64,000 nt of DNA. Origin: Macrostomum lignano. Its lineage: Eukaryota. The stretch's first letter is position 1, and each line of letters starts with the position of its first letter. Location of the stretch: the NCBI GenBank assembly GCA_002269645.1, contig NIVC01000521.1, positions 399,876 through 463,875 on the forward strand, given 5' to 3'. Under the pieces are notes generated by a model. That model searched no databases. It worked only from the letters and a program-made list of their open reading frames with translations, and was not told where the DNA came from. This document shows positions 11,264-25,500 of the stretch, one piece after another. The translations under genes and the position numbers were made by a program.

Positions 11264-11838
11264 ACACTCTTAGTCTTAAAAATAAGAAAATTTCTCACTG
11301 GTACTGTCTGGACTGTGTGTAACCGTTGTTAGAGGGCGTTTGGTCCGCCGCCATTGATCTTCTTAGTTCGTACACTACTAGTTCCGCACAATCTAGTGGG
11401 CATTGCAATACTGAGCTACATGTTTTTTGGTAGTGCAGAGTTTTTTTTCGAATACTTTCGGATAAAAAACTTGGTTCTGCAGCTAGAGAAAGACTGTTGA
11501 GAAATTTCACGATGTTAACAGAACGTTTGCTTTGGCGTCGTACAGTTGTCACATACAGTTTTAGTTGAGGTTATAGTTAATTAGGTGGTTGAAAGACGCC
11601 ATATGATCCAGGGATGATCCCTGATCCACATAAACACATGTAGATGTATATGTATTAATGCTGGGATCTTGATTGCGACGAACTCGCTCAAACAGAAAGT
11701 CAAAGTTCATTGTGCATGCTGCCTGCTGCACACCGCATTATTCAGGATCGGATTACCAGCAGGATATATTGACAGCCTACATAGCTATAAGGCTTGTTAT
11801 ATAACCGTAATGAACTTATATATACAGTACTTATAGAC

Positions 11839-12390
11839 AGTAGTACTTGTCGGCTATCAAGAACGTTTTTTAAAAACTGCAATTGGTACAGACAATATGC
11901 ATGTTTCACACGGCTTGTGCCAGGCCAGGATCATGTAAGTTAGAAAATCAATTTGCCATTTATCATGAAATTGCTCGCAAATGCACATGTTCCTACTAGT
12001 ATATGCATGTACAAGATAAAGATCTACAATATATTCCAGCGCCTTGCAATGCGCACATCTGATTGCTCAGACGGCGTTCTGCATGCCAGCAGTCCCCGGG
12101 GCGCAAGAGCTTATACCCTGCTGATAGTCTGCTTATCTCTACGTAGATTAAGTCGGTGAAAAAAATGTTTAAAAAGCAAAAATTAGATGAAAAAGTTAAC
12201 AAAGTTTGGAGACGAGCGGGGTATAGATGTGCACATACACATGTGCATTTGCGAGCAATTTCATGATTAATGGCAAATTGATATTCTAACTTACATGGTA
12301 CTGGCCTGGCAAAAGCTATGTGAAACATGCATATTGTCTGTACCAATTGCAGTTTTACAAAAACGTTCTTGATAGCCGACGAATACTACT
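11839..12390. mobile_element. Foldback/MITE-like element with about 152-bp inverted arms
   Basis: 11839-11990 is the reverse complement of 12239-12390 with roughly a dozen differences by manual alignment; no clear TSD. Confidence 0.8.
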
Positions 12391-13837
12391 ATCAGCTGCG
12401 TGATTTATGGTTTATATAAGTAAATTACAAAACGTACAATATTTTTTGTAAATTTTGTGTACCTAGCCGGAGCTGACAACTGCATTGTAAGCTGTCAATT
12501 TTGCAAATTTCTATTGTCACGGATAAGTTGAATCGCCAAGACACTTATTTGAGGCTTGTATACACAAAAAATTAGCCAAGACCATCCTGACGATGTGTAT
12601 GTACATTAGATCCTGTGATTAGCGGATGGTATAGAACCATGGATCCTCAAAGGTGTTGCTCCACAGCCCTTCTGAAAATATTGTTATTAATTAAGACGCA
12701 CTGTTGCATGCAACCGTAAAATCAAATATCATGTTTATCATTTTACTATACTACACGCCCATCGTGTACCTTTTATCTCTCTATACTACTCATAGCACGC
12801 GCGCGATATAATTATATGAAATATACCACTATTGTCAGCAACCAAGGCCAGTATACGTAGGTTTTAGCTCCGCTGTTTTCTACAGCTGACTGACCCTGTA
12901 AAAAAAAATCCCAACCGATGCTAAGCTCCATCAGGGGCGGAATCCCCATCGAGATGAAGATCGTGGCCTGGGCCCGTGTGCACGCATGGAAGCGGATGGG
13001 CTGATCCGAATACTTAACCAATACGAGATTATAAAACTTCTTATTTACAATCATCTCAATTGCGAACGTTTCAAAGCAGCAGGGAAGGAATTGGGATCCG
13101 AGTGGAAGTCTCGCGTAATTTTTTTAAACGCATTTTGTTTCTTGGATTTAGCTGGAGTCCTTATAGTCATATCTGTGGTATCTATTGAGCAGAATGCTAG
13201 GAGATACAAGGGAAAAGGGGGGTAGAGGCGATGAAGATGGCTCGCATGACTGGTGAGGTATGGAGAGAAGCTGCACCCCCACTGTGCGCGCTAGCTGCTA
13301 ATCTCCAACCGATTCCAACCGATAAAAACCCGGTTGCGCTTCGATAGTTCGGAGAGTCTTGGGTACCCCGGATGCCTCTCCGTTCCCGATTTCCTCTCAG
13401 CAACTCCTCAGCTTCCTTTTTGTGTAAAACTTGTCAGCTAAGCGCTTAGTCAAAGCAGCTTCTTATAGTTTTCCCAATTGCCATCCAACAGTGAATCGCA
13501 GGGCCTGGTGACTGATGAAGCCTGAACGAGAGATGCAGCTTCTCCTACCCTGGTACTGCAGTCTTAAGCCATGCGAGCTACGGCTGGGGGAGTCTTCACA
13601 GTTTCTCAAGCAAGCTGTGCATTCCTATACGTGTTCTGCCGTCTTGACACGCTTTCACGACCTCCGATGCCTGAGCTAGACACCATGTCCGGGATCTTGG
13701 TTAGGGATCCTGATCGATGCTGGATGAATTCTCAACGAAAGATTTTATCTAGAAGGCACTCTATTGTACTAAAGATTCGGACTGATACGAACTGTCTGAT
13801 TATTTTGTGTCTTTCAGTCACCCAGCAATCAATCACC

Positions 13838-14215
13838 TATGAACTCACTCATGAACTCACTCATGAACTCACTCATGAACTCATTCATGAACTCACTCAT
13901 GAACTCACCCATGAACTCACTCATGAACTCACTCATGAACTCACTCATGAACTCACTCATGAACTCACCCATGAACTCACCCATGAACTCATTCATGAAC
14001 TCACTCATGAACTCACTAATCAATTCACTCATGAACTCACTCATGAACTCACTCATGAACTCACTCATGAACTCACTCATGAACTCACTCATGAACTCAC
14101 TCATGAACTCACCCATGAACTCACTCATGAACTCATTCATGAACTCATTCATGAACTCACTCATGAACTCACTCATCAATTCACTCATCAACTCACTCAT
14201 GAACTCTCTCGTGAA
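13838..14215 (+). repeat. 12-bp minisatellite CATGAACTCACT
   Basis: Direct reading; produces stop-free ELTH/MNSL/MSEF ORFs in three frames. Confidence 0.96.
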
Positions 14216-14824
14216 CTCATTGATAGACTCATTCTTGAACATTACAAAAAATACATTGATTTATTCACTGCCAATACTTGCTGGCCAGACCGCATGTGGA
14301 TTGAAAGCTCATTAGAAACCAACAGGTATCATGCAGGGTCGCTCTTGAACGATGTCATTGAGAAGCCCAATAACAAGAAAACAATCTTCTTTAAAAAGTC
14401 ATGCGGGAAGCCAAAAAGCAAGCACTTATTTGCTCATCTTGTTGCCTGCAAGATTTCGGCTAAGAAAATATGGGAGCTCCGCTTCTATCCAACCCTGCTT
14501 TAACCTTCTCAATCATTTCTTGATACGAGTTTTTTCAGCCCCAGTTTCCAACGCCTGGGGGGGAGGCGACCGCAGATCATTTTTTGTCTCCAAGGCGAGG
14601 GGGCCGGCGGGCTTCATCCTATTTTAGGCCTACGAGCTACACGGAAGGCAGAATAGGCAGTTATATATTATAAATAAATTTGCGCATGAATTGCATTCCG
14701 CTTCAGGTAACCCTGCTATATTGTGTTCATTCAAGGAGGTCTGAGAACCGGAGCCTGGCTTGCCAACTCCTCACACATTTTCAGACAGCTTGCAGTCTGA
14801 CTAAAGTACATATTTTACTTATGT

Positions 14825-15560
14825 TCCGTTTTCTCTCATCTACTTACTCGTATCTCTCATCCTATTTCTGATCTCATCTTGGATCTCTTCTCATCTCTTC
14901 TCTCATCCTATCTCTGATCTCATCTTGCATCTCTTTTCATCTCTTCTCTCATCCTATCTCAGATCTCATCTTGGATATTTTCTCATCTCTTCTCTCATCC
15001 TATCGCTGATCTCATCTTGCATCTCTTTTCATCTCTTCTCTCATCCTATCTCAGATCTCATCTTGGATATTTTCTCATCTCTTCTCTCATCCTATCTCTG
15101 ATCTCATCTTGCATCTCTTTTCATCTCTTCTCTCATCCTATCTCAGATCTCATCTTGGATATTTTCTCATCTCTTCTCTCATCCTATCTCTGATCTCATC
15201 TTGCATCTCTTTTCATCTCTTCTCTCATCCTATCTCAGATCTCATCTTGGATATTTTCTCATCTCTTCTCTCATCCTATCTCAGATCTCATCTTGGATAT
15301 TTTCTCATCTCTTCTCTCATCCTATCTCTGATCTCATCTTGCATCTCTTTTCATCTCTTCTCTCATCCTATCTCAGATCTCATCTTGGATATTTTCTCAT
15401 CTCTTCTCTCATCCTATCTCTGATCTCATCTTGCATCTCTTTTCATCTCTTCTCTCATCCTATCTCTGATCTCATCATGCATCTCATCCCACCTCATCTC
15501 TTATCCCGGTCAAGGGTCGTGTCTCTTCTCCCATCTTTTCTCTCATCCCATCTCTGATCT
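14825..15560 (+). repeat. 46-bp pyrimidine-rich repeat organised as a 92-bp higher-order dimer
   Basis: Alternating TTGCATCTCTTTTC and TTGGATATTTTCTC variants; identical ORF text at 15109 and 15201. Confidence 0.9.
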
Positions 15561-15841
15561 CGTCTCTTATCGCTAATCCCATCTCATCTTTCATCCCGCT
15601 CAAGCTTTGTGTCTCTTCTCTCTTTTCTCCTCTCTCCAATCATTGTCTCTCTTCTCACCTCCTATCGCTTCTACTCCCTCTTCTTTCCTGTCTCATCTGG
15701 ATCTCACATCTCATCAAGAGGGGGTCAAGGGGGGTCAGCTGACTCCCCTTAAAAGATCAAGGGGGGCGTCATGTCCTCTCTGGAAATTTAACTGTTTTCC
15801 ATCTCACTAAGCTGGAGGGAGAGAGAGAGAAGAACTTAACT

Positions 15842-15924
15842 CAATGGCGTGGCCGAACCAGATGGGGTCAAGGGGGTCAGCTGACCCCCCGCCTCTCCCA
15901 GGAAAAAATCTAGATCTGCCCCTG
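15842..15924. mobile_element. Tiny hAT-like MITE remnant
   Basis: Left end CAATGGCGTGGCC resembles the 10892 TIR; right end reads CAGGGGCAGATCTAG in reverse complement; internal GGGGTCAAGGGGGTCAGCTGACCCCC is shared with 7545-7570 and 15720-15745; TSD only partial. Confidence 0.5.
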
Positions 15925-16496
15925 CTTAAAAATGCGACAAAAATTAGTTAAACGAAAGTCATTGAGAAAGAACTGGCGCTACTCCAGATTCTGGCTCTTG
16001 GTCTCCTTCTTCTTTCCTCATCAGACACGGCTTTTATCCGCGTAAATTTCCTCAGAGCGAGAGAGAGAGAGTAACCACCTGACACTTCTTTGTTTGGCGG
16101 CGTCTCAAATTCTCCGGTGAGACAAAAGGGCCATCATCGATCAGGCCGCGCCTGTTAGAGTGGGAATTCTCCCCCCATACCGCTACACTAAATTAGCGGC
16201 TTACAATAATTTGTCAGGTGGAAGGCGCGACAAAAGCCGGCAAAGGCAAAGTAGCATGCAGTTGCTTTCCAGCTAGCAACCAGTTTTTTCCTGAGCTTTT
16301 TCATCGCCGAGTCGCAGCCGTTGATGAATACTGGGCGACGTTTAGCAGTCTATAAGTCTGCAAATTCGATTTAAAGGCTTCACTGCCTTTTGTTCTTTGC
16401 CGCCGATTTTTACGCTTCACTGCGCACAATTAGGGAGCCTTTTGACTGACAGCCTACTGATAGTAGGCGGCCCGCTGCCATCAATTATCTGTGTGC

Positions 16497-16926
<430 letters not shown>

Positions 16927-18799
16927 CACTTTCAAATGCTTGACAGACGTCAATTAGCTGCTAATATGCCATGGCATTGAATTTTTGTCAGTTTTTTGCA
17001 CATTCCTGTTGTCAACGATGAGCAAATAAGCAATACTCACTGACCTGAGCAGTCCGTGACTGCACTGACCAGCACTTACTGTTTGCTACAATATTATCAC
17101 AATTACCTCAATACAGCTAATTGAGCTGAAGTTACCTGTTTAGTAATTAGTTTGCTGCTTATCGCATAGCTACCAACTCGCTGCATTGTGCTGCAGATCC
17201 AAGAAATGCTAAAAACTCAAGAGACAGGTGACAACAGCACCTTTCTTTCGATAGACCTGTGCCATACCAATTCAGTTTATAGAAGATTGTGATAAAAGGG
17301 TGCAACTATCATTCCATCAAGACTAGTTAATTACCATTCATTATTCATATTGCACTTGAAACTGGATGTGCGGAATTGCACTTTCACCTCGCTCATGTAC
17401 TGCAATGTCATGCTAGATTCAGCCAGTCAGTAATGCATGGGGACACTGAGACCCTGTATACGGCAGAAGAACGACAGAGAAGTGTTAGAGAAGTGTTAGA
17501 GAAGTAGGTGTTGGGCAAACATGCTGCTCTTCTCAAATACAAACTTCGATGCTCAGCAGAGTCTGAGATTTTTATAGAGAAGCTTCGATCGTATAGGACT
17601 GGGCATGCTTATTGAGGTAGAGAGAAGACGCCCTGCACAATGCTTTGAATCTGATTCAGTGGGTGTTGGTCGTCAGTTCGGGTTCCAGTGAGCAGTTGAG
17701 CTATATCAGAGCAAATATTTGACCGAATGGAGCATTTCAAGGCGAATGCGCTAGCTGCATGCTTTATGTGCCAAGGTGCTGTTTTGCTTGCCTAATAATG
17801 GGGATTCTAAATCATTTAAGATTATTTAGCCCGAATGTGCTATCTCAACTGCATGGTCGTCACAGTTGTTCATTGCTCAACTTATTATGTAGCTTCTCAA
17901 AACATAACATAGTTTTCTTCCCCTTTTTAGTTTGACACCTTTTTGAGTCATCATCACAACCAACGCTTTGCTTCCTAAAATTCTCTCTCAGTCTTTCGTG
18001 GCGTGACTTTTTGACTTTAATACCTTTTGTCCAAAACCTATATATCACTACGTATAAAGTATATACGGTAATTATAGTGGCATTTGAGTATGCTCCGCGT
18101 GTTCTACAGTTAAATTACTGAAAATGAGGTGAAAATAGGGATAAAAGAGACAAAGTATTGATGCTCATTCGAATATAGGATAAGTCGTTCAATCTTCTAA
18201 TCCCTCAAAGCTCTTAACACCTAATCTAGTATGGAATCCATATAGCATACACACAATGCTCCCGTTTACATTATAGGTCAAAGTAGTTTGCAATAGCGGC
18301 AGATTCTTTGATGTTTCAACTTTGCACGGCTATAAAACCGCAGCGCATCGGCACCGTTTGTGTCCGTTTAATAATAAATAATAGATATTGCTTTGATGTC
18401 TCGACCGACATAAGTTCCTGATCCGTGCACACAGACAGACACAGAGTCGCTAGCATTGTGTACCAGGGCAAAGAGTCTCATTGCGCAATACAGCCCCATG
18501 CAAGCATTGCAATCCGTTAGGTGTTCTTATATATGCATGTACGAGCCTATATATTGTATTCATATGCTTCGACTATTACGAGCGTATGTAAGTTCATGAG
18601 GCGCTGCGGGGAGCATAATATCGATTCTTTTTGGTCCCTTCGTCGCATATTTTCAGCTTCCTCAATCCTGAACCGACTGACACTCTCTCTTCATCTTGTG
18701 CTCAGCTTAAACTGGCTGAACAAACACCAACGCTGTCTGTGAGGGAGCATTGAGATTCGGTCGGTCCCAGTTTGGTTGCAGGCTCTTGGACTCCCACTC

Positions 18800-19424
18800 C
18801 AATATTAGCTTGGGAAGAATTAATACGCACTGCACAACTTGCATTTGGCCTTCCCTGAGCTCCCCTCCCTCTTGCTTCTTACCAACCAATCGGGGGGCAA
18901 GTCTGGATTCTCGGAGGAGAAAATGCTTCCCACATCCTCTAGACAGGGCCCGGGGAATCTCCCGGAGCCCCCGGTCCAATCCGTGCCGGAGTCCCCGATC
19001 TGATTGGTCGGATTGCGGCCACGCACTGGTTGGGGGGTGGTGAGGGGGGGTCGGCGGCCCTCGCTCTGCCCCTCACTCGCTCTCTCAATCCGAGAGGCGG
19101 GCGGGGGTGGGGGGCTGTCGGGGTTGGGAGGGTCCTCCTTGCAACCAAAATTTTATAAGTTTGGCCTAACTTGATTGTCACCTCCCATGCATATATATAC
19201 AGCAAATCTTATTTCTCCGAGCTTGTGCAACTCCCGCAGTGCTACTCTCTGTCTCTCCTGCTGCTAAAAGAAGTCTTCTGAGGATCCAGCAGCGACGAAG
19301 TATTTTCTCTTCTCCGTTCTCGAACACGAGCCCCAGTTGAGTAAGGCAGCTCCCCCTTGTGCGGACAAGGCCACACTTCACACTTGACTCTTCAAATTCT
19401 ATATTATAGCTGAAGACTTGAGTT
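18800..19424 (+). promoter_or_regulatory. Candidate promoter/5' UTR of the Gfi gene
   Basis: GC-rich block with CCAAT/ATTGG boxes at 18886, 18976 and 19003 and AT-rich TATA-like stretches at 19151-19200; TSS not determinable. Confidence 0.45.
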
Positions 19425-19512
19425 ATGAACAGCCCAAGCAATCGGCAGAATCTGCAACAGCAGCAGCAACAGCAGCCCCTCCAGCTGACAGTCAACGATA
19501 AGAGGATCAAAG
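19425..19512 (+). CDS. GFI1: Gfi exon 1 (predicted)
   Basis: [29 protein letters not shown] + G; donor AAG|GTGAGT, phase 1 matches exon 2; in-frame TGA at 19419. Confidence 0.7.
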
Positions 19513-22500
19513 GTGAGTATCTAGCCCCATATAACTTTCGATGTCTTCGATATATAGAAGCTCAGTAGTTGCCGAATCAGGGAGAGGGGGGACTTAAGAT
19601 TCCGCAAGTGTGTGCAGATTTTTTTTACGTTGCCAGGCAGTCAGACAGGCGAATATTAGACTTGACTGTAGGATTTGAGAAGAATCTCCATTGAACAGCT
19701 GCTAAAGCCGACTCAATACTCGTTAAAGGAGTGCCTCTCCTAGGAATCGTTTGCTTCTTTTTTGAAACGTCGGAAAAATTGCAGGGGGAAGTTATTGATA
19801 GGCGGAAGAGCTATGGAGGCCATGAGCATTTTTAGAGTCTATGTGTAGTTAATCTAGTTAATTTACAAGTTTCAACTGATGAAGTTGCTCAGCAGCACGC
19901 ATGGCAGTTTCTCAAAAGCCATCGTGCCCGTCCCCCGTGCCAACTTATAAAATGTTCAACTCATTAATGTTTTGTATAAAAACTTCGATGCCATAAATAT
20001 ATGGAAGGCTCCAGGTGGTCATAAAAATGCAGTTCCCCGTGCCTGTATAGAAACAAGATATACAAGAAAACTTTTGTCTCTTTAAAAACATTCGACAGGC
20101 GAGCCACCGACAGCGACTCCAGGGCAGGAGTCTTCGGCCGCCTCAGGGCACCAGCCGATGTCGATGTCGCTACCGCCGATGCCGTTCCCGGCTGCCGCAG
20201 CTGCCGCAGCCGCCGCCGCAGCAGCCGCCGCGGCCGCCGCAGTGACCACAAACACTTCTCAGTCTCAGCAGCAGCAGCAGCAGACGACTCCGCCGCACTG
20301 CAAGCCGGTGTCCAGCGGCAACTCCTCCGCTGCCTCGCTGCCGACACTGCCGGGCCTGCCGGCTCCCTGGTTCTGCTGGCCGAACTATGCCGCCGCAGCT
20401 GCCGCCGCCGCCGCCCTGTTCGGCGGCACTGCAGCTGCAGGTCACGGCAAGCCCAATGGAATCGGTGAGCATTTCTACGAATTTCATATAGAAGACATGA
20501 AAACATGAAACAAACATACGGGGACATGAAACGTGAAAGACAGGGCGTCAGTATTCTCTTTAATATACTGCAGTTTTGTTTCAAAGTAAATCGTTTTACC
20601 AAATTGAAGCAAAAGATGCGCAATTGCAAAAAAGCTTCTATATCTTAGAAATTGTTTATGTATACACACACCCCGAATGAAGGCTGGCGCTCTGTGTAGG
20701 AATCGTATATACACAAAACTTTGTCCTGAAATGCACCCTATAATATGGGATCCTTTTCTCTGCAGCATGGTTGGACGGGGGGCGGAGACCGATTAGGATT
20801 GTTTTCGGCGTAATCAAATTTATTATCCCTTCAATAATGTGCGCAAATTTCTTGATTGTTTTGCCCGTCCAGCCCCCGAGGTCCTGAAGTCCTGAACAAA
20901 AAAGTGGCCCACCAAGAATATATAGCCAAGGTTAACAAGAACCTGGGGATCGCACAGGCCCAACATACAGACACACTTGACTTCCCAGCCGATCCCAACC
21001 ATGATGCCATTTCAATTTTCCCCGCATGGTTTTAAACAGCATTTACAACAATTTCTGTGCTGTGTAGAGAAAGCTTTCTTAGATTGAGTTTTCCGCAGCA
21101 ATATGCAGCTGGTTGTATCGTCACTCAACAGCGAAATTGAAGGAGTTGAAGATTCGATTGTAGCGAGCGGGGGAGGTGTTGCCATAGCCAACCAACCGAA
21201 CTGCAGGTTCAAAATTTCGAAAAAAGCAGCAATCGATGCAGCCAGCTTGGGATTTTTCGAGGTTGCGAGCTTTGATAGGGAATGAAATGAAATGACGCAA
21301 ATCTCCCCCCCCCCAAGCCCTAGCTGCTGTTGCTGGGCAAAATTCGCCACTTCAAGAACTGCGTGTGCGCCCTGTGTGTTAAGTTAGTTTTTGCTTTGCA
21401 AACAATTTTTCTACCGCAATTCATAGTTTTGTAATAATTCTCCCCTCATGCCTGCTCCCAGTTGGAAATATAGATGGAAGTACCGTTGGCATAGCAACCG
21501 TAACTATACAATAATAACAAAAAGAGATGCACGTCCGCCCAATTCGCTAAATCTCCACGCTTTGGTTCTTAAAAAAATTCGCTAAAATAAAGCTTCTTCA
21601 GTCTTCCAATGATAAATTTGTTAAACTGTCAGTGCACCGGCTCGGGTTTAATGAGCTTAAGACTAAGATCCCCGATTAAAATCTGGGAAGAAACGAAATT
21701 GGGGAAGGCCGACAGCGGGTGGCGCGAACGAAGAAGCAACTCAAACGAGGCGGCATTGCGGCACCGCGGGGGGTGGGTTGCTTGCGGCACATTATAGCGG
21801 CTATTTCATCAAGGCAACAGTTTGTGTTTTTCGATGCATGCCAGCTTAATACCCCATGATGCTGTTCACCGATTTTTTCCATCGAATCCTGTCCACCCCC
21901 ACCTCCCACATGCGGGCTCCCCTCCGAGAGGTCTTTAAGTCGGCGATCTTTCGATCTGCCAAAGAGCAACCCGACCGTGGCGCAGCATGCAGGTTCAATT
22001 GGGAATCTCCGATTTCAAAGACTGGGAGCATGCAGCTATATTTATATCTATATATATATGGAATATGCGGGCCCCTCGCCTTAGAGATTGAGGACACACA
22101 GAGATCGGCGGCGCCTGAGCACCGCTGCTGGGTGCCGCGCCCGCCTAATTGAAGAAACTCAGATACTCAGAAACTCAGATCACTCAGAAAGTCTTTAGCC
22201 TGAGTAGGATCCACGAGACGTAGAAGCATGAAATTTGTCTATGGTAAAGACCAACTTTTAAAAGTATCGCAGCAAAAATTTTAAACAGAAGCAGCCACTT
22301 TTGAGTCCACTGCAGCGAGTTAAAGTCAGTTCACCCCCTGAGTTCTTCAATTCAACAATGAAGCTGGAAAATCGCGACTTCAGAGCAATGATGTACCTGC
22401 ACTTCAAGCAAGGCAAGTCGCCGGCCGAATCGTATCAAACTTTACAGAACGTTTTCACCCATGTATGTCCTTCATACGCAACCGTCAAAAACTGGTTCGC

Positions 22501-25500
22501 TGAGTTTCGCCGAGGTCGAGAAAGCCTCGAAGATGAACATCGATCCGGGAGACCCTGTGACGCAGTGACTCCAGAAAATATCTGCGCTGTGTCCAGCATG
22601 ATTGCCGCTGACCGGCGAGTGACCTACCAGCAGATCCAGCAGGAGATCGGTATTGGATCGGGGAGTGTGCACGCCATTATGCACGAACACCTTGGAGTGC
22701 GGAAGCTGGCTTCCCGGTGGATCCCCCATCAGCTGTCGGACGTGCAGAAGGACACCAGGGTGGCTTGGTGCCGATTCATGCTGCAGAAATTCGAATCCGG
22801 GACCAGCCGGCGTATCTGGGACATCCTCACGGGCGATGAGACCTGGATTTATCAATACGACCCCGAAAGCAAGCGCCAGTCAGCCATGTGGACCTTTGGA
22901 GACGAGGACAGCCCCACAAAGTTTCGACGCAGCCGGAGTGTCGGCAAGCAGATGGTGGCCTGTTTCTTCATGCGCACTGGGCATGTGGCTTCCGTTTCAC
23001 TTGAAGATCGCCAGACAGTCACCGCTGACTGGTACACAACGGTTTGCCTGCCCAAGGTCTTTTCTGCTGTGAGCCAGAGGCGCCCAAGGTGCGGAATGCG
23101 TGGGGTGCTTCTGCACCACGACAACGCCAGCGCGCACACGGCGGCTCAAACTCTGGAGTTTCTGGCTGACTGTGGGGTCCAGCTGATGACTCACCCTGCT
23201 TACAGTCCAGACCTGGCACCGTGCGACTTTTTTCTGTTTCCGAAGTGCAAGGAGATTCTGAAGGGCCAGGTTTTTTCTTCACCGGAAGAAGCTGTAAATG
23301 AGTTCAAAAACATCATCGAGGAGCTCCGGGATGAGGATTGGCGGCATTGCTTCGACAGCTGGTTTCACAGGATGCAAGCCTGTATCAATGCCGGTGGAGA
23401 GTATTTTGAGCACTTGTAGTCGTTTTTTAGTTCATTTGTTGCTGTTTTCTTGTTCAGGCTAAGAACTTTCTGAGTGACCCTCGTACATGGAGATGTCTCC
23501 GAATGATTTCTAAACCGATTTTTTTGTGTGTGTGTCGCCAAACACTGCGCTGCCTACCTAATTAACCGATTGCGACTTCTATACAGCATTCCTATAGTCA
23601 ACATTTAACCTCCCCCCCCCCCTAACCCGCAGCTCCGCCGCTACCTCCCGTGACGTCATCAGCTGCCGCCGAGCTGCACGACGCTGCGGCTCAGCAGATG
23701 CGCGGCCTGCTGGAGTACCAGGCAGCTCTGCGGCACATGCTCGGAGTCGCCAGCCTGGCTGCCGCTGGCGGCGCGCCGCCTCCGCCGCCTCCGCCGCCCG
23801 CGCCACCAGCTCTGCCGACGCACCTGTCGATGCTGCAGCACAGCGGCAACAATCATCATCATCAACACCATCAGCAGAGTCAGCAGCGGATGACTGCCGC
23901 CCAGCATCCCAGCTTCAGCTGGTTCCCGACTCCGGCTGGCTCAATGCCGTTGCCGTCGGCTGGGCCGCTGCCGCCGCCTCTTCCGCCGCCGCCCCATCGG
24001 CCATCGTCATCGTCAGCAGCAGCCGCCGCCTTCCCCAGGCATCAGCAGGCGGCTGGCATGGCCGCATTCTGCGATCATCACCCACATTCGCCCTCGATCC
24101 TGGCCTCCAGGGAGACGGACTCGCTCAGCCCGGCCGATCACAAGGACCATGAGAACAGCAACGAGGACAGTCTGAGCAGCTGCGCGTCAACCAACGGCGG
24201 CGGTGTCGGCAACTTCCAGTGCGTCAAGTGCAGCAAGCTGTTTTCAACGCCGCACGGACTGGAGGTTCACGTTAGACGGTCAGTGCTGAGAAGCCGAAAC
24301 TGGTTCTAAAGTTTCTGTCATTATTGAAGACAATTAAGGGCAAGATTTAAAAGTCCCCCATAAAATGGTTTTGTTTCACTCCAGGTCTCACTCCGGCAAG
24401 AGGCCCTACGAGTGCGAAGTCTGCCAGAAGACGTTCGGCCATTCGATCTCGCTGTCGCAGCATCGGGCCGTGCACTCGCAGGAGAAAGTGTTCGAGTGCA
24501 AAGAGTGCGGCAAGACGTTCAAGCGGTCCAGCACGCTGAGCACCCACCTGCTCATCCACAGCGACACCCGGCCCTACCCGTGCCAGTACTGCGGCAAGCG
24601 CTTCCACCAGAAGTCGGACATGAAGAAGCACACCTATATTCACACAGGTGAGAACAGTTCCCCATGAGCCGTCAATTGCGCTAAATACATGTATGCTGAG
24701 CTATAGGCCAGGTGCCCGCGGCCCAACACCTAAAACGATTTTTTTACACCGTCATCGTCTAAAAACCCTAAATTGCCCAGCATCAGCGATCAAAAACCAC
24801 GTGTCACCCCCGAGCACCGCGTGCAGGAGTCTGGAGGTCGCTATTTATAGCTCTGATAGGGGCAGGGGGCGACCGAAGAACCGATTCAGCTTCTCTGAAA
24901 ACCGTCTGATTTCCGCTACGCCTACCAGAGCGTAGACGTGCAATTAATTAGCTTTACGCCTCCAAATTCTCTCCGCGACCCGCATTGAAACTCGACCACG
25001 GTCCTCCGGGTCTCGCTGATTGCCTCCTTAACCTGTGACCGCCATGCGGTTTAGCTCCTCCTCAGCTTCCACGCCCACCGATTCTTCTCCATCTCTATCT
25101 CGCCTCTGTCTAAGCACAGCTGTCTAATGCTACGAGTTGCACACGACCACGGCGTGCGGACAAGCGCCAACACATCACACCTATAAATGCTTGGCCCCCA
25201 TTGTAACCCTATACGCATCTGTCTCTTACATACATGCATGCATTTAGTTGCATCGCTTAGCTAGATATTTCTATATATATCAAACATCACTATGCTTTAT
25301 GGGGCCCGCATACTCTGTGCACACACTTCATCTGACCTACCAGTCTCACCCTAGCCCCCCCCCCCAGCCTGACCAAGCAGAAGCACATGTGTGTCTCAGA
25401 ATTATAGTGAAAGGCACTTCCCATTTTTATAAATCCTGCACACAAATCCCGATTGATATAAATATATAGATGCATGAAAATCCAGCGGCGTGAAAGCACT

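Noticed and set aside
13080-14520. 310-aa ORF (13571-14503) and possible decayed TE coding sequence around the 12-bp array
   Set aside because: ORF length comes from the stop-free repeat; flanking translations show no recognisable motif.
17860-18048. Cys/His-containing minus-strand peptide resembling the C-terminal Cys-rich tail of a transposase or integrase
   Set aside because: Too degenerate; fits piggyBac-like and Ginger-like patterns equally poorly. Needs an HMM search.
20464-22358. SETMAR-like Gfi-transposase fusion by splicing exon 2 into the mariner ORF
   Set aside because: Exon 2 ends in phase 1; the AG acceptors checked upstream of the transposase ATG (22272, 22288, 22315, 22329, 22342) are phase 0 or 2.
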